NCBI GenBank assembly: GCA_963718565.1
Contig: OY970364.1
Span: forward strand, 960,001-1,024,000
Direction of reading: 5' to 3'
Source: an uncultured Verrucomicrobiae bacterium
GTDB taxonomy: Bacteria; Chlamydiota; Chlamydiia; Chlamydiales; Rhabdochlamydiaceae
Length of the DNA: 64,000 nucleotides
This document shows positions 34,642 through 44,655 of this stretch, in pieces (positions within the stretch are counted from its first letter, which is position 1; every line of letters begins with the position of its first letter). The translations under genes and the position numbers were made by a program. Under the pieces are notes generated by a model. It saw only the letters and a list, made by a program, of their open reading frames with translations. It had not been told where the DNA came from and searched no databases.

Positions 34642-35910
34642 CTAAAAGATGAGCCTTTCCCAGGCACCGTAGCGTTCTGAGACTTTCCCCTTACGGAAGG
34701 AAAGGGCAATCATTAAAATTCCACTGAGGGTATTATTCAAGATCCCAGGCAAGGGGCTCCCCGCAGAGGTCCAGGGAGCGAGGATGAGAACGATGCCAAA
34801 TAGGATGTTTAGATAGCGAATGCTGCGGAACACCTCCGCAAAGGCAATCATAGAAAAGGCGACAATCATGGGGCCTTCGATATAGTTGCTCATTGCAAGG
34901 CCTCCTTGAAGGTTTAAAAGAGAAGGGCTGGCCATAAGCCAAATTCCTAAAATGACGGAGACGACAAGATTCCAAGGAAATGTGACCCCAAACGAAAGTT
35001 TCTTTAATGGGCGACTGCGCGGTTTGGCTGCAACAATATCGAAATTAGGCACTCCTCCTTTCCAGAAAGCCTGCCATATCGAATCGCCTTTTTGTGCCAC
35101 CTCTTTTAAAAACTGGAAGGCACCCGCCAACTCTCCAGCGGTGAGAATAATCATCACGAGCATACAGACAGCAGTTGCTAGGCACCAAGAGCACCAGGCT
35201 CCCACAACGACGGGCTGCAAAATGATCAACGTAATGCTGATAATCCCAACCGGGATGACTAGAAATGCAAAGGCGAAGACAAGCCAAGGCATGTTAAACC
35301 AACGCCTTGAACTTCCCTGCCATCCCAGAAGAAATTCTAGCGTGTAGCAAACCGATCCCATCCCCGCATCGGAAACGGGGAAACTCTTCGAAATATTCGA
35401 TGTGATGACCCGTAAAGTGCCATCGACGAAAAAGGGATCCCACATATGATCGATGTAACCGAGCTGAAATGCTGCCATATAGCGAGAAAAAAACCAGCAT
35501 AGCATCGCAAGGGCCACTGTGGGGATGCGGTGTTCCCATCCAGAAGGATTGTAGGACCAGCCTTTCGGACAGCCATTTCCACTCATCGTTTCTTCTTTCT
35601 TTGCGAGCAAAAATGAAAGGACGATAGCAATAGCCCCGACTAAAGTATCATTCATGTACATTAAAGAACAGGGCGCCCAAAACAGAAGCGGCGCTAGTTG
35701 TAACCATACCCCTACGATACCAACGGCCCAGCCTGACCATACGCGCATCGGAGTTAAAGAAAACACACCAAAAATCATGAATAAAAACCCACAGAGAATA
35801 TCGCTAATCCCCACAGGATGTCCTTGATATCCGAGGGTCAATGGCAGTGCAATGAGCCAGCATCCTAAAGCGACGGTCAAAAGAGCGATTCGATTGTTCT
35901 TTTCAGTCAT
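34642..35910 (-). CDS. Vitamin K epoxide reductase-family protein with SPW repeats
   Basis: GWSYNPSGW, FPVSDAG, QPVVVGAWCSWC (CxxC), GIWLMASP. Confidence 0.85.
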   Translation of the reverse strand: MTEKNNRIALLTVALGCWLIALPLTLGYQGHPVGISDILCGFLFMIFGVFSLTPMRVWSGWAVGIVGVWLQLAPLLFWAPCSLMYMNDTLVGAIAIVLSFLLAKKEETMSGNGCPKGWSYNPSGWEHRIPTVALAMLCWFFSRYMAAFQLGYIDHMWDPFFVDGTLRVITSNISKSFPVSDAGMGSVCYTLEFLLGWQGSSRRWFNMPWLVFAFAFLVIPVGIISITLIILQPVVVGAWCSWCLATAVCMLVMIILTAGELAGAFQFLKEVAQKGDSIWQAFWKGGVPNFDIVAAKPRSRPLKKLSFGVTFPWNLVVSVILGIWLMASPSLLNLQGGLAMSNYIEGPMIVAFSMIAFAEVFRSIRYLNILFGIVLILAPWTSAGSPLPGILNNTLSGILMIALSFRKGKVSERYGAWERLIF

Positions 35911-36980
35911 TTTTCTATCATTTGTGCAAGGCCGTGGGGCACCTTGAGTTTATTTTCATGATACCACTCGATAGGATCTGTCTTAAGTTCTTGGATCCAC
36001 TTCGGAATGACTTGATCCACACGATGCTTTGGCGTCCATCCGAGAGTTTGCTTCGCACGTGTGATGTCCAATTCATAATGATCATCGGCAATTTCGATCA
36101 TCCAAGGTTTAATAAATCCTTTTTTCCTGAGGAGATGTTCTTGGACCCAAGCGCCAATCTTAGCGATTGGCTTAGGGATGCCCCAAGTTTTCCATTCTTT
36201 TCCATGGATTTGCCTCTGCATGAGATGTTGGAGTTGATCGTAGCTGAAGGTGACATCTTCGCCGATCAACAGGGTCAGTTCGGGGGGGAGTGTTTTGCGC
36301 TTTTGAACACACAATGCAATCGCTTCAATCAAATCGTCCATATGCACAAATGCAGCTCCATGAGTGACATCTCCTGCAAAAACATGCGCTTCAAACTGAT
36401 TTTCAATAATGCGCTGGACCTGGTTGGAGAGAGGGATAGAATGGCATCGGTCGTCATAAACCCCGGCAATGCGCAAGTTCACTGTGGAAATCTTTCCCCT
36501 TTCTTTGTGGATCGCAGCTTCGGTCTTCACTTTTGATAAGGGATAGTCCCAGCGAGGGACGACTGGACTATCTTCTGTGATTTTTACGCCAGGACAGGTC
36601 GGTTTATGGACGAGCATTGTCGAAGAAAAAATAAATTGATCGACGTCGAATTGTTGAAGCCCTCTCAAGAGTCGCTCTGTTCCCTGTACCGTAATTTTAT
36701 CGTACAGGGGGCTGTGTTGGGCTGAAAAGCTATAATAAGCTGCCAGGTGAATAACCGATGCGATCTTGTGACCATAATTTTTTTGGACATAGTCCAATCC
36801 TTCCTTCGTGCTTTGATCTGTTGCCAAATCGACAACGACAAATTCCGCTCCTGGCAAATGTCCTGCCAAGAAGATGTCGAATCCGACAATGCGAAAATCT
36901 TTCGAAAAAAATTCAGCGGATTTAAACCCAATCCGACCGCTTGCACCCGTAATTAGAACGATCTCTTTTTCGTTTGCCAT
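35907..36980 (-). CDS. NAD-dependent epimerase/dehydratase
   Basis: ITGASGRIG, IHLAAYY, YPLSK; 4-bp overlap with the VKOR gene. Confidence 0.9.
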   Translation of the reverse strand: MANEKEIVLITGASGRIGFKSAEFFSKDFRIVGFDIFLAGHLPGAEFVVVDLATDQSTKEGLDYVQKNYGHKIASVIHLAAYYSFSAQHSPLYDKITVQGTERLLRGLQQFDVDQFIFSSTMLVHKPTCPGVKITEDSPVVPRWDYPLSKVKTEAAIHKERGKISTVNLRIAGVYDDRCHSIPLSNQVQRIIENQFEAHVFAGDVTHGAAFVHMDDLIEAIALCVQKRKTLPPELTLLIGEDVTFSYDQLQHLMQRQIHGKEWKTWGIPKPIAKIGAWVQEHLLRKKGFIKPWMIEIADDHYELDITRAKQTLGWTPKHRVDQVIPKWIQELKTDPIEWYHENKLKVPHGLAQMIEK

Positions 36981-37089
36981 ATCCCTTTCCCCCTTCTAGT
37001 TCAAATTTTCACTTTATATCATTTGACAAATTTTGCAAGATCTCAGAAAGAGAAAAAAACTTGTACTCCTGAGAATTTTAAGGATTTTT

Positions 37090-37401
37090 ATGAAAAAAAT
37101 ATGTCTTGGACTCTGTGGAATGTTAATATATGCGACAATCATCAATGCTGATGGGTTTAGTGAATTCGACAGAGAACTGATCGGGGCCAAAGATTTCCCT
37201 TTTCCCCCAGGTCAGGGGACAGAAGGATCCATTCCTGAAGCAGATGGATCGGAAACGCCAGATACGGCAAGCAAGAACACGGACTCTTATGATGACGATA
37301 CTTCTTCTAATTCTTCGCAAGAAAACGGAAAATCAGAAAAGGAATATGTCCCTGAAGGCCAGCAAGACGGATCCGATAACAATTCAAGCGAATCTCCGTA
37401 A
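37090..37401 (+). CDS. Small secreted acidic low-complexity protein
   Basis: Signal peptide MKKICLGL...; D/E/S-rich. Confidence 0.65.
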   Translation: MKKICLGLCGMLIYATIINADGFSEFDRELIGAKDFPFPPGQGTEGSIPEADGSETPDTASKNTDSYDDDTSSNSSQENGKSEKEYVPEGQQDGSDNNSSESP

Positions 37402-37414
37402 CAGGGAGGGTTTT

Positions 37415-38857
37415 ATGAGAAAGCCACACTTTTTCCGAATAGCATCTTGGCAGCTGCTCACTTGCAGTTTAGGCGCTGGGTCTTTAGGCTTCGCAGCTCC
37501 TTCCAATCCCAATCCTATTCAGGGAACGTTACATGTCGAAAATATCGACGCACACACATTCATCATCACTGTAAGTGAGGATGCCTATATTTTTTGGGAC
37601 GATTTCTCCATTGATGAGGGCGAGTTGATCGATCTTCATCAACCCTCTGCACAATCTATTGCTGTTGTTGAGGTAGTCTCTGATAAGCCGAGCACGCTCT
37701 TAGGCACCCTAAAATCTAATGGCAGTATCTATTTGATCAATCCTAACGGAGTATTTGTTGATGAAAGCGGATACGTTGACACCTATGGATTTCTTGCTTC
37801 TTCTCTTCCTGCTTGCCCTTGTCCGCTCATCGATGGCGAACGGGATGTTTTCATTCAGGGAGATTCAAAAGCGCCCATCACCAATAGGGGGCGAATCAAA
37901 GCTTGGGAAAATGACGTCTATTTGATGGGATATCAAGTGGAAAATAGAGGTGTCGTCGATGCATCGCGTGGAACGGTTGCTTTTGCTGCTGGACGGGATA
38001 TCATTTTAAATCAGTCTAATGGAGAAAAAATCGGTACTTTCTCTTCTCCAATCAAATATGAGAATGAAGAGACAGGCATCGACAATTCAGGTGTGATCAT
38101 CGCCTCCAAAGCTGAATTGAAAGCAGACGGCAATTCCTATTCTGTTGCGATTCGCCATTCTGGCTTTATCGATGTGATCGGGGTTGAAGGACAAAAAGGC
38201 TTGGCTTATTTAGTTGCAAACAAGGGCGACACTATCGTTTCTGGCGCCATCACAGTAGAAAGTGAAAAGGGGATTGGCGGCGAAATACACATCTTAGGGG
38301 AACGCATCTTCCTTTTTGAGAATTCGAATCTCGATGCCTCTGGAAACAAAGGAGGAGGAAAAGTGATCATTGGTGCAGATGCTGGAGAGCCTAATCCTGG
38401 AATCATTGCACAATTGACTTTCATCGATGAAGCCACTTCCATTCTTGTCGATGCCGTTGATGAGGGCGACGCGGGACAGGTCATCATTGGGTCCGAAGAA
38501 AAAACCTACTTTTACGGTTCCATTAGCGCTTGCGGTGGCGAGAAATCTGGAAATGGCGGAATTGTCGAAATCTTTGGGAGAAAAAGTCTAGATTTTCAAG
38601 GGAAGGTCGATCGTTTTGCCCCCTTTGGAAATGAAGGGATGCTTCTGCTCCACACGGACGATATGATATACCGCGCGCAGGAAGGTTTTGTGAATTTGGA
38701 CTCAGCGAGGCAAAGCACAATCGAAGCTTGCGGTCCGAATGACGAAGCCATAGTGAAAACTATGACTGAGGAAGAGGATCGATTGGGCAAAGCCGCAGCC
38801 AGTCCAAATTCACAAAACCTGACGGAGCGCGGTATAGTGGAAACCCAAGATGAATGA
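37415..38857 (+). CDS. Filamentous haemagglutinin N-terminal (TPS) domain protein with an in-frame palindromic insert
   Basis: WDDFSI, SNGSIYLINPNGV, DASGNKGGGKVIIG, GNGGIVEI. Confidence 0.85.
   Translation: MRKPHFFRIASWQLLTCSLGAGSLGFAAPSNPNPIQGTLHVENIDAHTFIITVSEDAYIFWDDFSIDEGELIDLHQPSAQSIAVVEVVSDKPSTLLGTLKSNGSIYLINPNGVFVDESGYVDTYGFLASSLPACPCPLIDGERDVFIQGDSKAPITNRGRIKAWENDVYLMGYQVENRGVVDASRGTVAFAAGRDIILNQSNGEKIGTFSSPIKYENEETGIDNSGVIIASKAELKADGNSYSVAIRHSGFIDVIGVEGQKGLAYLVANKGDTIVSGAITVESEKGIGGEIHILGERIFLFENSNLDASGNKGGGKVIIGADAGEPNPGIIAQLTFIDEATSILVDAVDEGDAGQVIIGSEEKTYFYGSISACGGEKSGNGGIVEIFGRKSLDFQGKVDRFAPFGNEGMLLLHTDDMIYRAQEGFVNLDSARQSTIEACGPNDEAIVKTMTEEEDRLGKAAASPNSQNLTERGIVETQDE
38667..38836. 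mobile_element. Family B palindromic element, diverged, inverted, in frame within the CDS
   Basis: TATACCGCGC...GCGCGGTATA; 170 bp, 168 net of the TA duplication. Confidence 0.8.
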
Positions 38858-39443
38858 TCTACAACCAGGAGGGAATTGCAATTCCCTCCTGGAAGAGGAA
38901 GATTCAAAACGCCTTTTTTTTGGAGCGCAAGCTCTAGCGCCATGGCCCAAAGATTATCCTCCTGCTAGAATGATCCCTGAAGAAACTCGTCATTTAACGC
39001 TGGCTTTCCTCGGACGACATTCTTTCTCGAAATTTCAAACGATTCTCCCCTCTATCCCACAGCCTTCATTTACAATTGGACCTGCGGGGATTGCTAAAGA
39101 GTTGATCTTTCTCCACTATCAATCGCTTTGGGAGCGCACTCTACTTTCTCCTTTCGATGAATTTGAGCACACAGCAGATATCGCTTTTTTAATTCGCGGC
39201 TATTCAATCCAAGAATTGCATCAGCATGCGCAATTGGCCTTAGCTTTCCAATTTCCTCCGCTGATCAAATTTTATCGTTCACAATCGCAAAATTCGCTTG
39301 AAGAAGTGATCATCTCCTTAAATGAAATCGTTGCCATGGCAGACACTGAATTTGGCTGCCCGTTCAAGGCTGTCAGCTTTCATGGCAATATCCAATCGGG
39401 TGATCAAAACATGTTACACTGGGAGATGGTTGTCGATGTCTAA
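38850..39443 (+). CDS. Fusion of a partial 2H phosphoesterase (ThpR/LigT-like) domain and archease
   Basis: KRLFFG...RHLTLAFLG (HxT), then EFEHTADI...KAVSFH...VVDV archease motifs. Confidence 0.75.
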   Translation: MNDLQPGGNCNSLLEEEDSKRLFFGAQALAPWPKDYPPARMIPEETRHLTLAFLGRHSFSKFQTILPSIPQPSFTIGPAGIAKELIFLHYQSLWERTLLSPFDEFEHTADIAFLIRGYSIQELHQHAQLALAFQFPPLIKFYRSQSQNSLEEVIISLNEIVAMADTEFGCPFKAVSFHGNIQSGDQNMLHWEMVVDV

Positions 39444-40863
39444 TTTAAAACAGATCGCTCCTGCGACTTATCTTGTCCCTCAAGAAGGCGGGATGAGAGT
39501 TCCGGGACTGATCATCGCTACAGAAGAACTTCTCAAAGATATCGAAATCGACAAACCTGTTGAACAGGTACGTAATGTCGCCTGTTTGCCTGGCATTGTC
39601 GGTTATAGCATTGCAATGCCTGATATTCATTGGGGGTATGGCTTTCCCATCGGTGGGGTTGCTGCTATGGATGCAGAAAACGGTGTCATTAGTCCAGGCG
39701 GCGTCGGCTATGATATCAACTGCGGGGTTCGTCTCGCTATTGTTCCGGAAGCTTTTGCTAAACTCAAAGACAACATCAAGAGGGATTTGATCCAACGGAT
39801 CTTTGAGTATGTTCCATCAGGCGTCGGAAGAGGTCAAAAACATTCACGAAGCGTCAGCGAAAGAGATTACTTAGAACTTTTGAAGCAAGGTGCGCGTTGG
39901 TCTGTCGAAAAAGGATTTGGCTTCCCCATAGATCTTGAACATATCGAGAGCAATGGAAAAATCGAAAATGCCGATCCCTCATTAATTTCTGCGCAAGCCA
40001 AAGCGCGCGGCAAAGATCAACTCGGCAGCATTGGCTCTGGCAATCACTTTGTCGAAATCGGAGAAATCGAAACGATCTATCTCCCTAAAATCGCCAGCAG
40101 CTGGGGCGTCGAACAAGGTCTGACTTATGTGTTGATCCATTCAGGGTCGCGCGGTTTCGGCCATCAAGTGTGCCAGGATGCTTTGAATGCCTTCATCCGC
40201 CAAGGCTATGACAAGGATCTTCCGGATCGACAACTCGTCGCTGCGCCGATCAAAAGCGAGGCTGGACAAAATTACTTTCGCGCCATGGCTGCTGCCGCCA
40301 ATTTTGCTTTCAATAACCGACAGCAAATTCTTCATGAAGTGCGTACCGCTTTTCATGAAGTCCTCGGCACTCCTCCGGAAAACATTCATCTCGTCTACGA
40401 CGTCTGTCACAATATCGCAAAATTTGAGACCCATATTGTCGATGGAAAGCCGCGCTGCCTTTGCATCCATCGCAAAGGCGCGACTCGAGCATTGGGTCCT
40501 GGTGCGGAGGAACTCTCTCCTCTATTTCGCAAAACAGGGCAGCCTGTCCTTGTTCCTGGCGACATGGGCCGCGCCAGCCATTTGATGGTCGGCCTTGGCA
40601 ATCCGTTGACTTGGTGCAGTTCTTGCCATGGGGCGGGCCGGGCGCGCAGCCGAGTTAAGTCCATGGCTGCTTGGAAAGGGCATAATGTCATGGAACATAT
40701 GGCTGGGCAAGGAGTCACTGTCTTAGCGTCATCGCATCGGACAGTCGCTGAAGAAATGCCCGATGCGTACAAAGATGTCGATAGCGTCGTTGCTGCCGTC
40801 CAGGAGGCTAAACTTGCCAACAGGGTCGCCCGCCTCAAACCCCATCTTGTAATCAAAGGCTGA
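39436..40863 (+). CDS. rtcB: RNA-splicing ligase RtcB
   Basis: MPDIHWGYGFPIGGV, GYDINCGVR, GSGNHF, HSGSRG, HRKGAT, SCHGAGR, EEMPDAYK. Confidence 0.95.
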   Translation: MSNLKQIAPATYLVPQEGGMRVPGLIIATEELLKDIEIDKPVEQVRNVACLPGIVGYSIAMPDIHWGYGFPIGGVAAMDAENGVISPGGVGYDINCGVRLAIVPEAFAKLKDNIKRDLIQRIFEYVPSGVGRGQKHSRSVSERDYLELLKQGARWSVEKGFGFPIDLEHIESNGKIENADPSLISAQAKARGKDQLGSIGSGNHFVEIGEIETIYLPKIASSWGVEQGLTYVLIHSGSRGFGHQVCQDALNAFIRQGYDKDLPDRQLVAAPIKSEAGQNYFRAMAAAANFAFNNRQQILHEVRTAFHEVLGTPPENIHLVYDVCHNIAKFETHIVDGKPRCLCIHRKGATRALGPGAEELSPLFRKTGQPVLVPGDMGRASHLMVGLGNPLTWCSSCHGAGRARSRVKSMAAWKGHNVMEHMAGQGVTVLASSHRTVAEEMPDAYKDVDSVVAAVQEAKLANRVARLKPHLVIKG

Positions 40864-40939
40864 TCCGGTTAATAACAAAATAAAGAGGGAATTGCAAAAC
40901 TCCTCGCCAATAGAAAATCAGAGTCAATTGAGGATATTT

Positions 40940-41617
40940 ATGTCTTTGGCCAGATTTAAAACGATGATTTCGATCATCACAAGCGCACTGATCCTTCAAA
41001 GCTCGATACAAGCTGCTGCAACTGCGAAGCCCTCATCGCCTACCCCGATGCAAGCACTCTCTATGCTCATGGAAGGCAATCATCATTTTGTTAAAGGAGA
41101 AATGCAGCACCTCTCTTATATGGCAGAAGCTAAGGACAAACTCCTCGAAAACCAAACCCCTTTTGCAGTGATTGTGGGATGTTCGGACTCCCGAGTTCCT
41201 CCAGAGGTCATCTTTGATCGAGGGTTAGGAGAGCTCTTTGTCGTCAGAGTTGCCGGAAATGTCCTTGGACCTATTGAGATAGGCAGCGTTGAATTCGCTG
41301 TTGAAATACTCAAATCTCCTCTTATCATGGTCCTAGGCCATCAAAATTGCGGGGCCGTTAAGGCTTCTCTTCAAGGAAGTGAACATGTGCCAGATTTTTT
41401 AGAGGCAATCTACCCGTTGATTAAAGACGCATTGAAAAATTGTGAAATCATCGGGGCAAACGCCCTGACCAATGCGATTAATTGCAATGTGAAAAAGGGT
41501 GTAGAAACATTAAAAAATTCATCCATTATTGCCCCGCTCATCGAGAAGAAAAAAGTTAAAGTGGTCGGCGCTTATTTCGACTTTGATTTAGGAAAGGTCC
41601 AATTGATTTCGGATTAA
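40940..41617 (+). CDS. Beta-class carbonic anhydrase with signal peptide
   Basis: GCSDSRVP, RVAGN, GHQNCGAV. Confidence 0.93.
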   Translation: MSLARFKTMISIITSALILQSSIQAAATAKPSSPTPMQALSMLMEGNHHFVKGEMQHLSYMAEAKDKLLENQTPFAVIVGCSDSRVPPEVIFDRGLGELFVVRVAGNVLGPIEIGSVEFAVEILKSPLIMVLGHQNCGAVKASLQGSEHVPDFLEAIYPLIKDALKNCEIIGANALTNAINCNVKKGVETLKNSSIIAPLIEKKKVKVVGAYFDFDLGKVQLISD

Positions 41618-42657
41618 GAAGTTGAATTGAGCCTTGCGCGTTGCTCTTCCCATTTGAGGAGACCATTTTGCAAGTATTGTTTCCATCGCGTTAATCCATA
41701 GCTGGTAGAGACATGAGGGTATTCCAAGAGCGCAGAATGGAATCCATAATCGGTAAGAAATTTATTCATTAAGGCGGTATTTGTACGGGCAGTTCCGTCT
41801 CTCACCGGATGCAGCCATTCTAATCTCTGCTGTAATTTTGCAATCGCCCACAATCTCTGATCAGCCGTCGTTGCTCTTTCGACTTCTTGATAAAACCCAA
41901 ATAAAAATTTATTGAAGACACGACGGACTTGGTCTCGGCTCATCGTTTTATAGTTTAAGCGTGTCAAAGTCTGGGAAGAATCGGTATAGACCATTACGCC
42001 TAAACCATAAGATTCTCCCAATTCTCTTTTTAAGGCTTCGTCTAAAGCTTGGAATTCAATTCGGGCTTCTGGGGTCACAGCATAAGGTGCCCCTTTCGGT
42101 GTGCAGCTGACATAATCATCGCTGCCGCGGAAAACGCCGACTTTTTCTTGGCCCATTAAGAAAGCCGTCCGGTCTCCATTGAAGTGGGCGCAAGTATGTT
42201 TGTGGAGGAGTAAATACCAGTTGGCATCGATTTTAGAGTTGATGAAATTGTTAACAAATCCACAGGCCTCTTCCATGCTGGCGATAAATCCAGGCTCAAC
42301 AGTCCCTCGATGAGTCCCGCGATCAAAAACATGTTTGCCCAAGTGGTGGTATGCTCCATCGATGCATTCCCTCCACTTGTTCTCCCTTCCTAGTCCCCAA
42401 TAAATCTTTTGCAACGCTTCTTTGGACATGTTCCTATTGATTATAGGATAGGCTGGAGGAGCAAAAGGAGAGGTGATCCAACGATAGGCTTTAGAAAAAC
42501 AATCTGAGATTGCATCGCAGAACTGCTTCCAGATATGTGCAATTTTTTGACAGAGAGCCGAAGCTCCAAAAAAGCTAGGAACATTGGCCCGAATCTGTGA
42601 ATGGGACGAACTTACAGGCTGCGGACTGGAAATTGAATTTATACCGAAACAACACAT
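41614..42657 (-). CDS. Fic-domain protein, candidate effector
   Basis: Non-canonical motif HPVRDGTARTN; Ser-rich N-terminus. Confidence 0.8.
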   Translation of the reverse strand: MCCFGINSISSPQPVSSSHSQIRANVPSFFGASALCQKIAHIWKQFCDAISDCFSKAYRWITSPFAPPAYPIINRNMSKEALQKIYWGLGRENKWRECIDGAYHHLGKHVFDRGTHRGTVEPGFIASMEEACGFVNNFINSKIDANWYLLLHKHTCAHFNGDRTAFLMGQEKVGVFRGSDDYVSCTPKGAPYAVTPEARIEFQALDEALKRELGESYGLGVMVYTDSSQTLTRLNYKTMSRDQVRRVFNKFLFGFYQEVERATTADQRLWAIAKLQQRLEWLHPVRDGTARTNTALMNKFLTDYGFHSALLEYPHVSTSYGLTRWKQYLQNGLLKWEEQRARLNSTS

Positions 42658-42831
42658 TTAACCCTTCTCCTGTCAAAAAAAATTAAAAATGTTATACGGA
42701 AATCAAAAACAAATAACAATTAAAAACAAATTTTTAATTTGTGATATAAGTTTATTTAGAACAAGGAGGGAATTGCAAAGAAGTCAAAATAACAAGATGA
42801 TCAGGATAGAAAATAAACGTGAGGCTGGGGG

Positions 42832-44379
42832 TTATTGCGGAACTTCAGCAAGCTGTGTGGAAGCTGCAAGCTGTTCGCCAGTAGTCATTTGCTTGAATTG
42901 TTTGCCCAAAGAAGTGACGCAGAAAATCCATGCTAAAAGAATGACAAAAAGAATGCCGGCAATGTAGGGTGTTGAAAGGGCTACGCTGCCGAGGAGAATG
43001 ATGAAGCCTTGGTAGGTTAGAGAAGATCCCGATTTGCCGATTCCCGATCCCAGACCATCGATCGCAGCTTTTCCTTTGAGTTTTGATTCTGAGTCCAGTG
43101 GCAAAAAGGCAAGTTCTTTGGTCGCATCGAAGACGGAATATTTGCTCGCTTTACTTAGACAATTCTGGAGCGAACCGCAGTAGACAGTCATTGCAAGTGG
43201 CGTGAGTCCAAAAAGGGTCGAAGAAAGCGCTATGAGTGCGTCCCCACAGAACATAAACGTAAAAAAACCAATGGCCATGGTGGTCATAACCAGAGGAGTA
43301 AGAATCGCAGTAAACGTCCACCCGAAGCGCGTGACCATTAGCGAAAAGAAAATCCCTCCAATTGTCGCTAAAATTCCAATCCCGACAGTGATTTTATTCA
43401 TATGCTCAAGCATTTCGTTCGGATCAGCAAAAAAACGTTTAAGCTGTTCTTTCCAGAGGACATCCGTGAAATTGATGCTGATATTGTACCCTAACACGAT
43501 GATAGCAAGAGGAACGAGGTAACGAGACCGAAGAATATATTTTACACTTTCTCGTAAGGATAAGCGTGATTTCTCAGCATTCGTTGTTTTATTTTCTGCG
43601 GCGGAAACATTTTTTTGTTCAGGTAAGATATTGCGATTGATCCAGTAATAGATAACCATAGCGGCAATGCCTAAAAAAGAAACTAAAGTAACCAATTGAC
43701 AGATCGTGTGATTCCAAGAGTTAGTAATGGAAGAGAGGAATGGTAAAGAAAGGGAATTGCTGAAAGTCAAAGCTAATGTCCCCCCCATGATCGGCGCAAT
43801 GTTCGACCCGATATTGAGGATGCCATAGGTCCGTTTTGCCTCATTCACTTGAGTAGTGTCATTGGCAAATCCCCAATAAAGAACAGATAGGATCATGACA
43901 GCCCAGAGTTCGGAAATGACGTAAAAAGAAGTAAAGGTCCAATTGCGCACAAGTGCGATGAATCCTTGGAACCCCTGCGGTAATACGGAACTCATCCAAT
44001 CGCCTACCTTTTCTAAATGAAGTTCTTGACTATGCGGATATAAATAGAAAGCAAAAAGCAGAAAATAGGCCAAAAAGGAAGAGATCATGATGTAAAACAC
44101 ATTCTCTTTGCTAAAACACCTTCTAAGCCGTGTATAGAACCACGTCGCAAGGAAAACCCCTGGAAGCATCCCCCAAACTTTGATAAAAGGGATCACTTCA
44201 GCGCCAGAGTTTTTTGCAGTCAGGATAATCGTGTCCTTGAGATTGCGCAATACGCCGTAACTGACACACAGTAGAAATAACAAGAAAAGCATGGAAAGGA
44301 CTTTCTTCACCTCTGACCGATGGACCGGCCAGAAAATCGTTCGCCACACACCGAATTGCTCTTTTTTTTCTCTCGTCAT
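42832..44379 (-). CDS. Npt/Tlc family nucleotide transporter (ATP/ADP translocase family)
   Basis: LRNLKD, GAEVIPFIKVW, FYVISELW, SKYSVFDATKELAFLPL, GKSG. Confidence 0.93.
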   Translation of the reverse strand: MTREKKEQFGVWRTIFWPVHRSEVKKVLSMLFLLFLLCVSYGVLRNLKDTIILTAKNSGAEVIPFIKVWGMLPGVFLATWFYTRLRRCFSKENVFYIMISSFLAYFLLFAFYLYPHSQELHLEKVGDWMSSVLPQGFQGFIALVRNWTFTSFYVISELWAVMILSVLYWGFANDTTQVNEAKRTYGILNIGSNIAPIMGGTLALTFSNSLSLPFLSSITNSWNHTICQLVTLVSFLGIAAMVIYYWINRNILPEQKNVSAAENKTTNAEKSRLSLRESVKYILRSRYLVPLAIIVLGYNISINFTDVLWKEQLKRFFADPNEMLEHMNKITVGIGILATIGGIFFSLMVTRFGWTFTAILTPLVMTTMAIGFFTFMFCGDALIALSSTLFGLTPLAMTVYCGSLQNCLSKASKYSVFDATKELAFLPLDSESKLKGKAAIDGLGSGIGKSGSSLTYQGFIILLGSVALSTPYIAGILFVILLAWIFCVTSLGKQFKQMTTGEQLAASTQLAEVPQ

Positions 44380-44655
44380 AACGATCTCAAACCCTCCAAT
44401 TGTACTGAACAGAGATATTTTCTCAAACAAGTTTTTCGGAATTTCGGAATCTCATGGCGCTGGGTATTAGAAAAAAATTTTGCAATTCCCTCTTTATCTT
44501 GACAATACGTACCCAAGATATGGAGCATACAATGAGTTGATTTGTCGCAAAAAAAATTTTATTTAACGAAAATACTAGAAAAAAAAGATCGAAATTTTCT
44601 ATGTCATTACAAATGCAGTCATCAAATGTCCCCTCTATTTGGGCGAGGAGAAAAA

